This document shows, in pieces, positions 1-9,421 of a stretch of DNA of 64,000 bases. The notes beneath the pieces were generated by a model. The model ran no database searches and was not told the DNA's origin. It was given only the letters and a program-made list of their open reading frames with translations. Source of the DNA: Acidobacteriota bacterium (GTDB lineage: Bacteria; Acidobacteriota; Vicinamibacteria; Fen-336); assembly GCA_011526565.1 (NCBI GenBank), contig WYBL01000116.1, forward strand, positions 3,019 to 67,018, read 5' to 3'. How positions within the stretch are numbered: the first letter of the stretch is position 1; each line of letters starts with the position of its first letter. Both the position numbers and the translations under genes were made by a program.

Positions 1-826
1 CCGCGCGGTCGATCGCCAGCGAGACGTGGCGGTGCTCGATGCCGTCGGCCGAGCGCTTCGCGTCGAGGTCGGGCAGCGCCACGCCGGGGCCGCTGCGCGC
101 GGTCGAGGTCGCCACCAGCGCGGATGCCTTCTCCGGCACCCGGGTCGCGAACTTCGACAGCGGCACCACCTCGTCGACCAGCCGCCACTGCACCGCGCGC
201 TTGCCCTTCACGCCTTCACCGAGGGACGAGAACACGTCGGCCAGGTCGCGCCGCACCTTGCGCTTGTCGGTGACGCGGGTCAGGCCGCCGGTGCCGGGCA
301 GCACGCCGAGCAGGCTGACCTCGGGCAGGCTGACCGCCGAGTTCGAGTCGTCGACGAGCAGGATCTCGTCGCAGGCGAGCGCCAGCTCGTAGCCGCCGCC
401 GGCGCAGGCGCCGTTGACCGCCGCCAGCGACTTGAGCCCCGAGTGCGCCGAGGCGTCCTCGATCGCGAGCCGCGTCTCGTTGGTGAACTTGCAGAAGTTG
501 ACCTTGAACGCGTGGGTCGAGCTGCCCAGCATGTAGATGTTGGCGCCCGAGCAGAAGATGCGGTCCTTGCCCGACGAGATCACGACCACCCGCACCTCGG
601 GGTGCTCGAAGCGCAGGCGCTGGATCGCGTCGGCCAGCTCGATGTCGACGCCGAGGTCGTAGCTGTTGGTCTTGAGCGTGTAGCCCTCGCGCAGCGGGCG
701 CTCCTCGACGACGTCCATCACCAGGCGGGCGACGGGCGCTTCCACGTGCAGCTTCCAGTGCACGTAGCGCGAGGGGTGGGTGTCGAAGCGGACGGGGGCC
801 GCGGGCTCCGGGGCGTGGTGGTCCAT
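1..826 (-). CDS. boxC: Benzoyl-CoA-dihydrodiol lyase-like crotonase-family enzyme (BoxC-like). Partial: the C-terminus runs off the window start; the N-terminal ATG is at 826.
   Basis: The minus-strand translation from the ATG at 826 reads MDHHAPEPAAPVRFDTHPSRYVHWKLHVEAPVARLVMDVVEE...YDLGVDIELADAIQRLRFEHPEVRVVVISSGKDRIFCSGANIYMLGSSTHAFKVNFCKFTNETRLAIED...NGACAGGGYELALACDEILLVDD...VSLPEVSLLGVLPGTGGLTRVTDKRKVRRD. This is crotonase-fold, and the KVNFCKFTNETR and VSLPEV.LLGVLPGTGGLTRVTDKRKVRRD stretches match BoxC as I remember it. The six-frame track does not list it because the ORF has no in-window stop; the overlapping + ORF 26..904 is antisense junk. Confidence 0.72.
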   Translation of the reverse strand, partial: MDHHAPEPAAPVRFDTHPSRYVHWKLHVEAPVARLVMDVVEERPLREGYTLKTNSYDLGVDIELADAIQRLRFEHPEVRVVVISSGKDRIFCSGANIYMLGSSTHAFKVNFCKFTNETRLAIEDASAHSGLKSLAAVNGACAGGGYELALACDEILLVDDSNSAVSLPEVSLLGVLPGTGGLTRVTDKRKVRRDLADVFSSLGEGVKGKRAVQWRLVDEVVPLSKFATRVPEKASALVATSTARSGPGVALPDLDAKRSADGIEHRHVSLAIDRA

Positions 827-859
827 GCGCTTTCGAGGCTAGCCCCGGGGCCCGGGACT

Positions 860-910
860 GTCAAGCAGTATAGTGCTTGGCGTCGACGCAGAAGTGCATT
901 ATAGTGCTGC
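860..910. promoter_or_regulatory. Candidate boxR promoter and BoxR-type operator repeats in the boxC-boxR divergent intergenic region
   Basis: TTGGCG (877-882), a 17-nt spacer, then TATAGT (900-905) forms a sigma70-like promoter that ends about 11 nt before the boxR ATG, suggesting a short or leaderless transcript. The inverted repeat CAAGCA-gtatag-TGCTTG spans 863-880. A direct repeat TATAGTGCT occurs twice (870-878 and 900-908), and a TGCA-N6-TGCT arrangement is present. BzdR/BoxR operators are reported to be built from TGCA-containing repeats. Confidence 0.35.
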
Positions 911-915
911 TCGCC

Positions 916-1692
916 ATGGAACGCGCGGACCTGCTCGCCGAACTCGGCCACCGGGTGCGCGAGCGCCGCACGGAGCGCGGGTTGACGCTGCGCGAGCTGG
1001 CGACGCGGGCGGGGCTGTCGCCGCGCTTCGTGGCCGAGGTGGAGGCGGGGCGCGGCAACCCGTCGGTGGCCAGCCTGGCCGCGCTGGCCGAGGGGCTGGA
1101 GACCTCCGCGGCGGCGCTGCTCTCGACCCCCGCCGCGGCCGCGGCCGGCGGCCCGCGGCTGCTGGCGCTGCTCGGGCTGCGCGGCGCAGGCAAGAGCAGC
1201 GTGGGCCGCCGGGCGGCGCGGCAGTTGCGGCTGCCATTCGTCGAGCTCGACCGCCGCATCGAGGAGGCCTGCGGCCTGACCCTCGACGAGGTCTTCGCGC
1301 TGCACGGCGAGCCCTACTACCGCCGCCTCGAGCGCGAGGCGCTGGAGGCCGTGCTGCGCGAGAAGCGGCCGCTGGTGCTGGCCACCGGCGGCGGTCTCGT
1401 CGCTGCCGCCGACACCTTCGGCCGGCTGCGCGAGCGCGCGGCGACCGTTTGGCTGCGGGCGCGCCCGGAGGACCACTGGAACCGCGTCGTGCAGCAGGGC
1501 GACCGGCGGCCGATGGCCGATCACCCCGAGGCGATGGCCGAGCTGCGGCGGCTGCTGGCCGCGCGCGAGCCGCTCTACGCGCTGGCCGACGCGGTCGTCG
1601 ACACCTCCCGCCTGGGGCTCGAGGCCGCGACGCGGGCCGTCGTCCAGGCTTTCTCGCGAAAGGGGGCGCGCGGCGGGGCGGAAGCTGTCTAG
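916..1692 (+). CDS. boxR: BoxR/BzdR-family transcriptional regulator (N-terminal XRE-type HTH fused to a shikimate-kinase-like domain)
   Basis: An HTH region (RTERGLTLRELATRAGLSPRFVAEVEAGRGNPSVASLAALAEGL) is followed by a P-loop/shikimate-kinase-like region (LLGLRGAGKSSVGRRAARQLRLPFVELDRRIEE...LATGGG). It is divergent from boxC across an 89-bp intergenic region. I chose the ATG at 916 over 877 because an AT-rich TATAGT lies at 900-905, inside the longer ORF. Confidence 0.72.
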   Translation: MERADLLAELGHRVRERRTERGLTLRELATRAGLSPRFVAEVEAGRGNPSVASLAALAEGLETSAAALLSTPAAAAAGGPRLLALLGLRGAGKSSVGRRAARQLRLPFVELDRRIEEACGLTLDEVFALHGEPYYRRLEREALEAVLREKRPLVLATGGGLVAAADTFGRLRERAATVWLRARPEDHWNRVVQQGDRRPMADHPEAMAELRRLLAAREPLYALADAVVDTSRLGLEAATRAVVQAFSRKGARGGAEAV

Positions 1693-1704
1693 AATCGGCG
1701 GATC

Positions 1705-3195
1705 TTGAGCAACATCGTCAAGGAGCTGAAGGCGGATCTCACCCTCCGCTCGCTGCAGGACATCCTGAAGCCTTCGGAGCTGGCTTCGATCCGCCGCGGG
1801 CCGGCGCCGAGCCCTGCCGAGCAGAAGGCGCGGCAGAAGCTCGAGATCGTGCTCAAGGTCAGCGAGATGCTCTCGAACCCGGCAGCGGCCGACCGGCTGC
1901 CCGACGAGATCGTCGCCATCCTGCCGCAGATCGTCCCGGTCGAACGCACGGTGCTGGTGCTGGCCGACGAGGCGGGCGAGTTGCAGGCGCACAAGGCGTG
2001 GGTCGCGCCGGGCGTCGGCGCCGAGGCGGGCGTGTTCAGCCGCCAGATCGTGCGCTACGCGATGGACAACGCCGTCGCGGTGCTGTCGATGGACGCGGCC
2101 GGCGACTCGCGTTTCGACGCCGCCGGCTCGATCCAGGCCCAGCACATCCGCGCCTCGATGTGCGCCCCGCTGCGCGGCCGCCAGCGCATGCTGGGCGCGC
2201 TGGTCGCCGACAACGTCACTCGCACCGAGATGTTCGGCGAAGACGACCTGCGGCTGCTGGCCGGGTTCGCCAACCAGGCCGCAATCGCCCTCGAGAACGC
2301 CGAACTCGCCCGCAGCCTGGCCGAGCAGGCGCGGCGCCGCGAGGCGGAGCTGACGGGCCTGGTGGAGGAGCGCACCGCCAACCTGCGCGAGGAGAAGGAG
2401 CGCGCCGAGTCCGCCCGAGCCGAGGCGGATCGCCTGCGCGAAGTGGCGGAGGCCGCCACCCACGAGGCCGAGGAGGCGAGCCGCTCGAAGAGCCGCTTCC
2501 TGGCCAACATGAGCCACGAGTTGCGCACGCCGATGAACGCCATCATCGGCTACACCGACCTGCTCCTCGAAGAAGCCGCCGACGCCGGCGACGAGAGCCA
2601 GGTGCGAGACCTGAAGAAGATCGGCGGCGCGGCCAAGCACCTGCTGGCGCTGATCAACGACATCCTCGACATCTCCAAGATCGAGGCCGGCAAGATGACG
2701 CTGACGGTCGAAGACTTCGACCTCGCGACCCAGATCGGCCAGATCCAGGACACGCTGCGCCCGCTGGTGGCGCAGAAGGACAACCAGCTCGAGGTCACCT
2801 GCCCGCCCTCGCTGCCGATGCGGGCTGACGAGACGCGGGTGCGCCAGGTCCTCTACAACCTGCTCTCGAACGCCTGCAAGTTCACCGAGAAGGGGCGCAT
2901 CCGGCTCGACGTGCGCCACGAGCCGGACGGCTCCGGGCCGGGCTGGGTGGTCGTCGCGGTCGCCGATTCCGGGATCGGCATGACCCCGGAGCAGACCGGA
3001 CGCCTGTTCCAGGCCTTCGTGCAGGCGGACGACTCCACCTCGCGTCGCTTCGGCGGCACCGGCCTCGGCCTCGCGATCAGCCGCCATTTCTGCCGGATGA
3101 TGGGCGGCGACGTGACCGTCACCAGCGAACTGGGCCGCGGTTCGGTCTTCACCGTGCGCCTCCCCGCCGTCGTCACCCTGGCCTCCACCGAGTAG
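1705..3195 (+). CDS. Cytoplasmic GAF-domain sensor histidine kinase (GAF, coiled coil, HisKA, HATPase_c); no response regulator is adjacent
   Basis: The GAF-like region reads [14 protein letters not shown]...[19 protein letters not shown]. The H-box is [23 protein letters not shown]. The N/G boxes are [18 protein letters not shown] and [11 protein letters not shown]. It has a TTG start at 1705, 12 nt after the boxR stop. Confidence 0.85.
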   Translation: MSNIVKELKADLTLRSLQDILKPSELASIRRGPAPSPAEQKARQKLEIVLKVSEMLSNPAAADRLPDEIVAILPQIVPVERTVLVLADEAGELQAHKAWVAPGVGAEAGVFSRQIVRYAMDNAVAVLSMDAAGDSRFDAAGSIQAQHIRASMCAPLRGRQRMLGALVADNVTRTEMFGEDDLRLLAGFANQAAIALENAELARSLAEQARRREAELTGLVEERTANLREEKERAESARAEADRLREVAEAATHEAEEASRSKSRFLANMSHELRTPMNAIIGYTDLLLEEAADAGDESQVRDLKKIGGAAKHLLALINDILDISKIEAGKMTLTVEDFDLATQIGQIQDTLRPLVAQKDNQLEVTCPPSLPMRADETRVRQVLYNLLSNACKFTEKGRIRLDVRHEPDGSGPGWVVVAVADSGIGMTPEQTGRLFQAFVQADDSTSRRFGGTGLGLAISRHFCRMMGGDVTVTSELGRGSVFTVRLPAVVTLASTE

Positions 3196-3271
3196 CCGCG
3201 AGCCGACGCGCACGAACTGCGCGCCAGAGACGGGCATACGCCTTGCTAAGTGGCCACTTTGGTGCGTGGAC

Positions 3272-3299
3272 TTGACACCACGATGCCGACGCCTTAACT
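3272..3299 (+). promoter_or_regulatory. Candidate sigma70-like promoter upstream of the TonB-dependent receptor/phn operon
   Basis: TTGACA (3272-3277), 16 nt, then TTAACT (3294-3299) sit in a locally AT-richer 150-bp intergenic region about 55 nt upstream of the receptor ATG at 3354. Confidence 0.3.
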
Positions 3300-3353
3300 T
3301 TTGCGCGAAAGTTGAAACGGGATTTCACTTTCGATATCAGAACGGAGATCTCG

Positions 3354-5744
3354 ATGAATCGCCCCCTCGCCCTGCTGACGGCCGTGCTGGCCGCCCTCCT
3401 CCCCGCCAGCGGGATCCTGGCACAGTCCACGGGCTCGGTCTCGGGCCGGGTCGTCGACGAGACCGGCGCGGTGCTCCCCTACGCCCGGGTCACCGTGCGG
3501 CTCGCCGCGCTCGGGTTCGAGAAGAGCGCGACGACCGACGAGGCCGGGCAGTTCCGGCTCGAGCTGCCCGCAGGCGCCTACGAGGTGACCGCGGAGATCG
3601 ACGGCTTCTCGCTGTCGCGCAAGAAGGTCGAGGTCGGCAGCCGGCCCGCCGAGGTGCGCTTCACGCTGCACCCCGGCGGCTTCGACGAAGAAATGACCGT
3701 GGTCGGCGCCAGCATCCTCGGCGGCCCCGAGACCGTGCGCCGGATACCGGGGTCGATCGAGGTGCTGCCGCCCGAGTTGCTCGAGTCGGCCCGCGTGCGC
3801 GACGTCTCCGAGGCGCTGCGCAAGGCCAGCGGCGTCACCGTGCGCGACGAGGAGGGCTTCGCGCTGCGGCCCAACATCGGCATCCGCGGCCTCAACCCGA
3901 CGCGCTCGACCAAGACGCTGCTGCTCGAGGACGGGTTGCCGCTGTCCTACGCGCCGTACGGCGACAACTCGAGCTACTACCACCCGCCGATCGAGCGCTT
4001 CGAAAGCGTGGAGATCCTGAAGGGCGCGGGGCAGATCAGCTACGGTCCCGTCACGGTCGGCGGGGTCGTCAACTACCTGACCCCCGAGCCGCCCCGCGAC
4101 CTGCGGGCCACCGCCCGCGTCACCGCCGGCAACCGCGACTACCTGAACGCCCACGCCAGTGCGGGCGGCACCTTCGGCCGCGCCGGACTGCTGCTCGACG
4201 TGATGCGCAAGGGCGGCGACGGCTCCCGCGACGCCGTCCACTCCGACCTCACCGACGCCACCTTGAAGGCCGTCTTCGCCCTTTCGACCCGCCACACCGT
4301 GACCCTGAAGGGCAACTTCTACGGCGAGGACTCGCAGGTCACCTACTCCGGTCTCCGGCTCGCGGAGTGGGAGGCCGACCCGCGCCAGAACCCGTTCCTG
4401 AACGACGACTTCACGGGCCGCCGCTTCGGCGTCTCGGCTCGCCACAACGCCCTCGTCGGCAGCGGCCTGCTGCTCTCGACCCAGGCCTACCACTCGACCT
4501 TCAGCCGCGACTGGTGGCGCCAGTCGTCGAACTCCGGGCAGCGCCCCAACGACGCGTCCGACCCGAACTGCCGCGGCATGGCCAACCTGCTGACCACCTG
4601 CGGCAACGAGGGCCGGCTGCGCGACTACGACACCACCGGCATCGAGACGCGGCTGCGTTTCGGCCACGGCCTGTTCGGCGCTCGCGGCGAGGCGGAGGTC
4701 GGCCTGCGCGCCCACTTCGAGGTGCAGGAGCGGATCCAGAAGAACGGCGACACGCCGACCGCCCGCGACGGCCGCGTCGTCGAGGACAACCGCCGCGAGA
4801 ACTCCGCCTGGTCCGGCTTCCTCCAGGAGCGCATCCTGCTGGGCCGCTTCACCGTCACGCCCGGCCTGCGCTTCGAGGCGATCGACTACGAGCGCACCAA
4901 CCGACTCGCCAACGGCGGCGCCGGCGCCACCGGCAGCACCTCGCTCACGCAGTGGGTGCCGGGCCTCGGCGTGGCGTGGAACGTCGACGACCGCTTCGCG
5001 CTGTTCGGCGGAGCGCACCGCGGCTTCGCCCCGCCGCGCACCGAGGACATCGTCAGCAACGCCGGCGGCACGGTCGACCTCGACCCCGAGCTGTCCTGGA
5101 ACTTCGAACTCGGCCTGCGTGGCGCGCCGCGCCCCGGCGTGCGCTTCGACGCCACCTGGTTCCGCATGGACTACGAGAACCAGATCGTGCCGGCCAGCCT
5201 CGCGGGAGGCCTCGGCGCCGCGCTGACCAACGGCGGCGCGACGCTGCACCAGGGCTTCGAGGTGGGCGCGCGGGTCGACAGCGGCACCCTGACGGGCAGC
5301 GAGCACAACGTCTTCGCCCGGCTCGCCTACACCGCCGTGCCGACGGCCCGCTTCGAGGGCGAGCGTTTCAGCAACGTGCCCGGTTTCGCGACCACCCGCG
5401 TCACCGGCAACCGCCTGCCCTACTCCCCCGAGCACGCGCTCAACGCGATGGTCGGCTACCGCCACCCGCGCGGCGTGCAGGCCCAGCTCGAGGCGGTGGT
5501 GACGAGCGCCCAGTTCGCCGACGACCTCAATACCGTCGCGTCTTCGGCGGACGGCCAGCGCGGCCGCATCGACGGCCACACGATCTGGAACGCGACGCTC
5601 TCGTACGACGTCAAGGCGCTCGACGGCAGCCTGTTCGTGGCCGTCAAGAACCTGACCGACGAGCTCTACCTCGCCGACCGCAGCCGCGGCATGCTGCCCG
5701 GCCTGCCGCGCCTCGTGCAGGCGGGCTTCGTCGCCCGTTTCTAG
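3354..5744 (+). CDS. TonB-dependent outer-membrane receptor with an N-terminal carboxypeptidase-regulatory-like domain
   Basis: A signal peptide (MNRPLALLTAVLAALLPASGILAQ) is followed by GSVSGRVVDETGAVLPYARVTV (a CarbopepD_reg-like domain) and a plug domain (ETVRRIPGSIEVL...GVTVRDEEGF...IRGL). It has a long beta-barrel and ends in F (...GFVARF). Confidence 0.85.
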   Translation: MNRPLALLTAVLAALLPASGILAQSTGSVSGRVVDETGAVLPYARVTVRLAALGFEKSATTDEAGQFRLELPAGAYEVTAEIDGFSLSRKKVEVGSRPAEVRFTLHPGGFDEEMTVVGASILGGPETVRRIPGSIEVLPPELLESARVRDVSEALRKASGVTVRDEEGFALRPNIGIRGLNPTRSTKTLLLEDGLPLSYAPYGDNSSYYHPPIERFESVEILKGAGQISYGPVTVGGVVNYLTPEPPRDLRATARVTAGNRDYLNAHASAGGTFGRAGLLLDVMRKGGDGSRDAVHSDLTDATLKAVFALSTRHTVTLKGNFYGEDSQVTYSGLRLAEWEADPRQNPFLNDDFTGRRFGVSARHNALVGSGLLLSTQAYHSTFSRDWWRQSSNSGQRPNDASDPNCRGMANLLTTCGNEGRLRDYDTTGIETRLRFGHGLFGARGEAEVGLRAHFEVQERIQKNGDTPTARDGRVVEDNRRENSAWSGFLQERILLGRFTVTPGLRFEAIDYERTNRLANGGAGATGSTSLTQWVPGLGVAWNVDDRFALFGGAHRGFAPPRTEDIVSNAGGTVDLDPELSWNFELGLRGAPRPGVRFDATWFRMDYENQIVPASLAGGLGAALTNGGATLHQGFEVGARVDSGTLTGSEHNVFARLAYTAVPTARFEGERFSNVPGFATTRVTGNRLPYSPEHALNAMVGYRHPRGVQAQLEAVVTSAQFADDLNTVASSADGQRGRIDGHTIWNATLSYDVKALDGSLFVAVKNLTDELYLADRSRGMLPGLPRLVQAGFVARF

Positions 5745-5762
5745 GCGAAGATCCGCGGCGCC

Positions 5763-6644
5763 ATGAAGCTCGTCCGCCTCGCCTCCCTCGTCGCCCTCGC
5801 CGGCGCCCTGCCGCTCGCCGGCGGGGGCTCGCTGCACGCCTCCGAGAAGCTCGTCGTCGCCCTCAAGCCGGACAAGAACCCGGAGCAGATGCTGGCCGAG
5901 CGCCGCGCGCTCGCCGACTACCTGCAGGGCGCGCTGGGGCGCCCTGCCGAGGTGATCGTGCCGCTGTCGGCGGCGGTGATCCTCGAGGGGCTCGCCAACG
6001 GCACGCTGGACCTCGCCTACCTCTCGGCCTCGGACATGCTCAACGCGCGCCGCGCTCGGATCGCGGACGTGCTGCTGGCCGGCGAGATCGGCGGCCGGCC
6101 CGAGTACCGCAGCTACTGGGTGGCGCTCGCCGACAAGCCGTTCGCGAGGGTCGACGACCTGCGCGGCCGCCGCGTCGCGTTCTCCTCGCGCACCTCGACC
6201 TCGGGCTACGTGATCCCCCACGCCGACCTGGTCCGCAAGGGGCTGCTCGAGGCCGGTGCGTCACCCGAGGAGTTCTTCGGCGCCGGCAACGCCTGGTACG
6301 GCAGCGGCTACGTCTCCGCCGTGGAGCGCGTGCTCTCGGGCGAGGCCGAGGCGGCGGCGATCAGCTACTACGTGCTCGACGAGGACAAGCACCTGAACCT
6401 GGAGCAGCGCCGGCGCCTGAAGAAGGTGGCGGAGCAGAGCCCGGTGCCGACCCACGTGCTGGCCGTGCGGCGCACGCTGCCCGGCGCGCCGCGCGAGGCC
6501 CTGCGCCGCGCACTGCTGGCGCTGAACGAGCCGGCCCGCGCCGCGCTGCGCGACAAGGTGTTCACGTCGAAGCTGGTCGCCGTCGACGAGGCGAAGCACC
6601 TGGCGCCGCTCGAAGAGGCCCAGCGGCTGATCGGCGCCCGGTAG
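5763..6644 (+). CDS. phnD: Phosphonate/phosphite ABC transporter periplasmic substrate-binding protein
   Basis: Signal peptide, then LVVALKPDKNPEQ...YRSYWVALADKPFARVDDLRGRRVAFSSRTSTSGYVIPHADL, a PhnD/SsuA-family signature. It lies immediately upstream of phnC and phnE. Confidence 0.8.
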   Translation: MKLVRLASLVALAGALPLAGGGSLHASEKLVVALKPDKNPEQMLAERRALADYLQGALGRPAEVIVPLSAAVILEGLANGTLDLAYLSASDMLNARRARIADVLLAGEIGGRPEYRSYWVALADKPFARVDDLRGRRVAFSSRTSTSGYVIPHADLVRKGLLEAGASPEEFFGAGNAWYGSGYVSAVERVLSGEAEAAAISYYVLDEDKHLNLEQRRRLKKVAEQSPVPTHVLAVRRTLPGAPREALRRALLALNEPARAALRDKVFTSKLVAVDEAKHLAPLEEAQRLIGAR

Positions 6645-6647
6645 AGC

Positions 6648-7358
6648 TTGGCGGCGATCACGGCGCCGGCCCCCGGCGCCCCTCACCTGAGCCTGCGCGG
6701 GCTGGGCCTGCGCCGGGGCGAACGCTGGCTGTTCCGCGGCCTCGACCTCGAGGTGCGCCGGGGCGAGTTCCTCGCCGTCACCGGGCCCTCGGGCGCCGGC
6801 AAGTCGAGCCTGGTGGCGGCGCTCGCGGGACTGCTGCCCGCCTCCGAAGGCGGCCTGAGCTGGTGCGACGCCGCCGGCGCCGCGCAGCCGCCCGCCGCCC
6901 TGCGCGGGCGGCTCGGGCTCGTGTTCCAGGACCTGAGGCTGGTGCCGACGCTGCCGCTGCTCGACAACGTGTGCCTGGCCCGGCTCGGGCGTCACCCCTG
7001 GTGGCGCACGCTGGCCGGCGCGCCGCGCGAGGGCGAAGCGCGGGCGCGCGCGCTGCTGGGCGCGCTGGGCCTCGCCGAGGTCGCGGAGCGCACGGCGGCG
7101 TTGTGCTCGGGGGGCGAGCAGCAGCGCGCGGCGCTGGCCCGCGGCCTGTGCCTCGAACCCGAGGCCGTGCTCGCGGACGAGCCGGTCTCGGCGCTCGATC
7201 CCGACGGCGCCCGGCGTGCGCTCGGCGTGCTGCGCGACGAGGCGCGCGCCCGCGGCCTGACCGTCGTCTGCGTGCTGCACGACCGGCCCCACGTCGAGGA
7301 GTTCGCCGACCGCGCGCTGGTGATCGACCCGGCGCTGCCCGCGGGGTTCGCGCTGTGA
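6648..7358 (+). CDS. phnC: Phosphonate ABC transporter ATP-binding protein
   Basis: Walker A (GPSGAGKSSL), ABC signature (LCSGGEQQRAALARGL) and Walker B (LADEPVSALD). It starts 4 nt after phnD. Confidence 0.8.
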   Translation: MAAITAPAPGAPHLSLRGLGLRRGERWLFRGLDLEVRRGEFLAVTGPSGAGKSSLVAALAGLLPASEGGLSWCDAAGAAQPPAALRGRLGLVFQDLRLVPTLPLLDNVCLARLGRHPWWRTLAGAPREGEARARALLGALGLAEVAERTAALCSGGEQQRAALARGLCLEPEAVLADEPVSALDPDGARRALGVLRDEARARGLTVVCVLHDRPHVEEFADRALVIDPALPAGFAL

Positions 7359-8173
7359 GCGCCCCGAAGCGCGGCCGCGCGCTCTACGAGCGGCTCGACC
7401 TCGAGACCGTGCTCGCCCTGCTGCTGGCCGCTGCGGCAGTGTGGTCGCTGCCGGTGCTGCGCGGCTCGGGGCGCGACCTCGACCACTGGGCCAACCTGAA
7501 GCGCTTCCTGGGCCGCTTCCTGCCGCCCGACCTCTCCGTGCTGCCCGACGTCGCGGCCGCGCTGGGCGAGACGTTCCGCATCGCCGTGCTGGCCACGCTG
7601 TTCGCGGTCGCCCTGTCGTTGCCGCTCGCGCTGTGCGCGGCGCGCACGGTGTCGCCGCGGCCGCTCGCGCTGCTGGCGCGCCTCGCGATGAACATGGTGC
7701 GCACGCTGCCGAGCCTGGTGTGGGCGCTGGTCGCGGTCGCGGTGGTCGGTGCCAACCCGCTGGCCGGCGTGGTGGCGCTGACGTTCTACTCCGTCGGCTA
7801 CCTGGGCAAGTTCTTCGCCGACGCCTTCGAGTCGGTCGACCTGAAGGTGGCTGCCGGCCTGCGCGCGCTGGGGGCCCACCCGATCCAGGCCTTCCAGTAC
7901 GGCCTGTGGCCGCAGGCGCGGCCGCTCGTGTGGAGCCAGTCGCTGTGGATGCTGGAGTACAACCTGCGCTCCGCGGCGATCGTCGGCTACGTCGGCGCCG
8001 GCGGCATCGGCGTCCAGCTCCACGCCTACCAGGAGTACTACCAGTGGGACCGCTTCGCGACGGTGCTGCTGTGCATCCTGGCCCTGGTGATCGCGCTCGA
8101 CCTGGTCGGCGAGCGCCTGCGCGCGCGCCTGCTGCGCCGCACGGGCTCGGCCGAGACGCTCGCCGCGGACTGA
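7355..8173 (+). CDS. phnE: Phosphonate ABC transporter permease
   Basis: The GTG start overlaps the phnC stop (GTGA). It is a multi-TM permease, with LAMNMVRTLPSLVWALVAVAVVGANPLAGVVALTFYSVGYLGKFFADA typical of PhnE. In the six-frame track it is hidden inside the artefactual 3266..8173 ORF. Confidence 0.8.
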   Translation: MSAPKRGRALYERLDLETVLALLLAAAAVWSLPVLRGSGRDLDHWANLKRFLGRFLPPDLSVLPDVAAALGETFRIAVLATLFAVALSLPLALCAARTVSPRPLALLARLAMNMVRTLPSLVWALVAVAVVGANPLAGVVALTFYSVGYLGKFFADAFESVDLKVAAGLRALGAHPIQAFQYGLWPQARPLVWSQSLWMLEYNLRSAAIVGYVGAGGIGVQLHAYQEYYQWDRFATVLLCILALVIALDLVGERLRARLLRRTGSAETLAAD

Positions 8174-8177
8174 AGCG

Positions 8178-9418
<1,241 letters not shown>

Positions 9419-9421
<3 letters not shown>

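Noticed and set aside
26-904. 292-aa + ORF at the window start
   Set aside because: Antisense to the strongly protein-like BoxC crotonase translation on the minus strand; no motifs of its own.
718-3237. 839-aa minus-strand ORF and 651-aa + ORF (873..2828) over boxR and the GAF kinase
   Set aside because: Alternate-frame or antisense to convincingly conserved boxR and the GAF histidine kinase. The composition is the extreme Arg/Ala/Gly/Pro bias of GC-rich non-coding frames.
3294-6221. 975-aa minus-strand ORF antisense to the receptor and phnD
   Set aside because: Antisense to genes with clear domain signatures. The translation is low-complexity (A/G/R/V-rich) with no motifs.
3266-8173. 1635-aa + ORF spanning the receptor/phn region
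   Set aside because: It is an alternate-frame read-through typical of 70% GC DNA, with an Arg/Gly/Pro/Ala-dominated composition and no domain signatures. Its last 273 codons coincide with the real phnE; the rest overlaps well-supported in-frame genes (receptor, phnD, phnC) in other frames.
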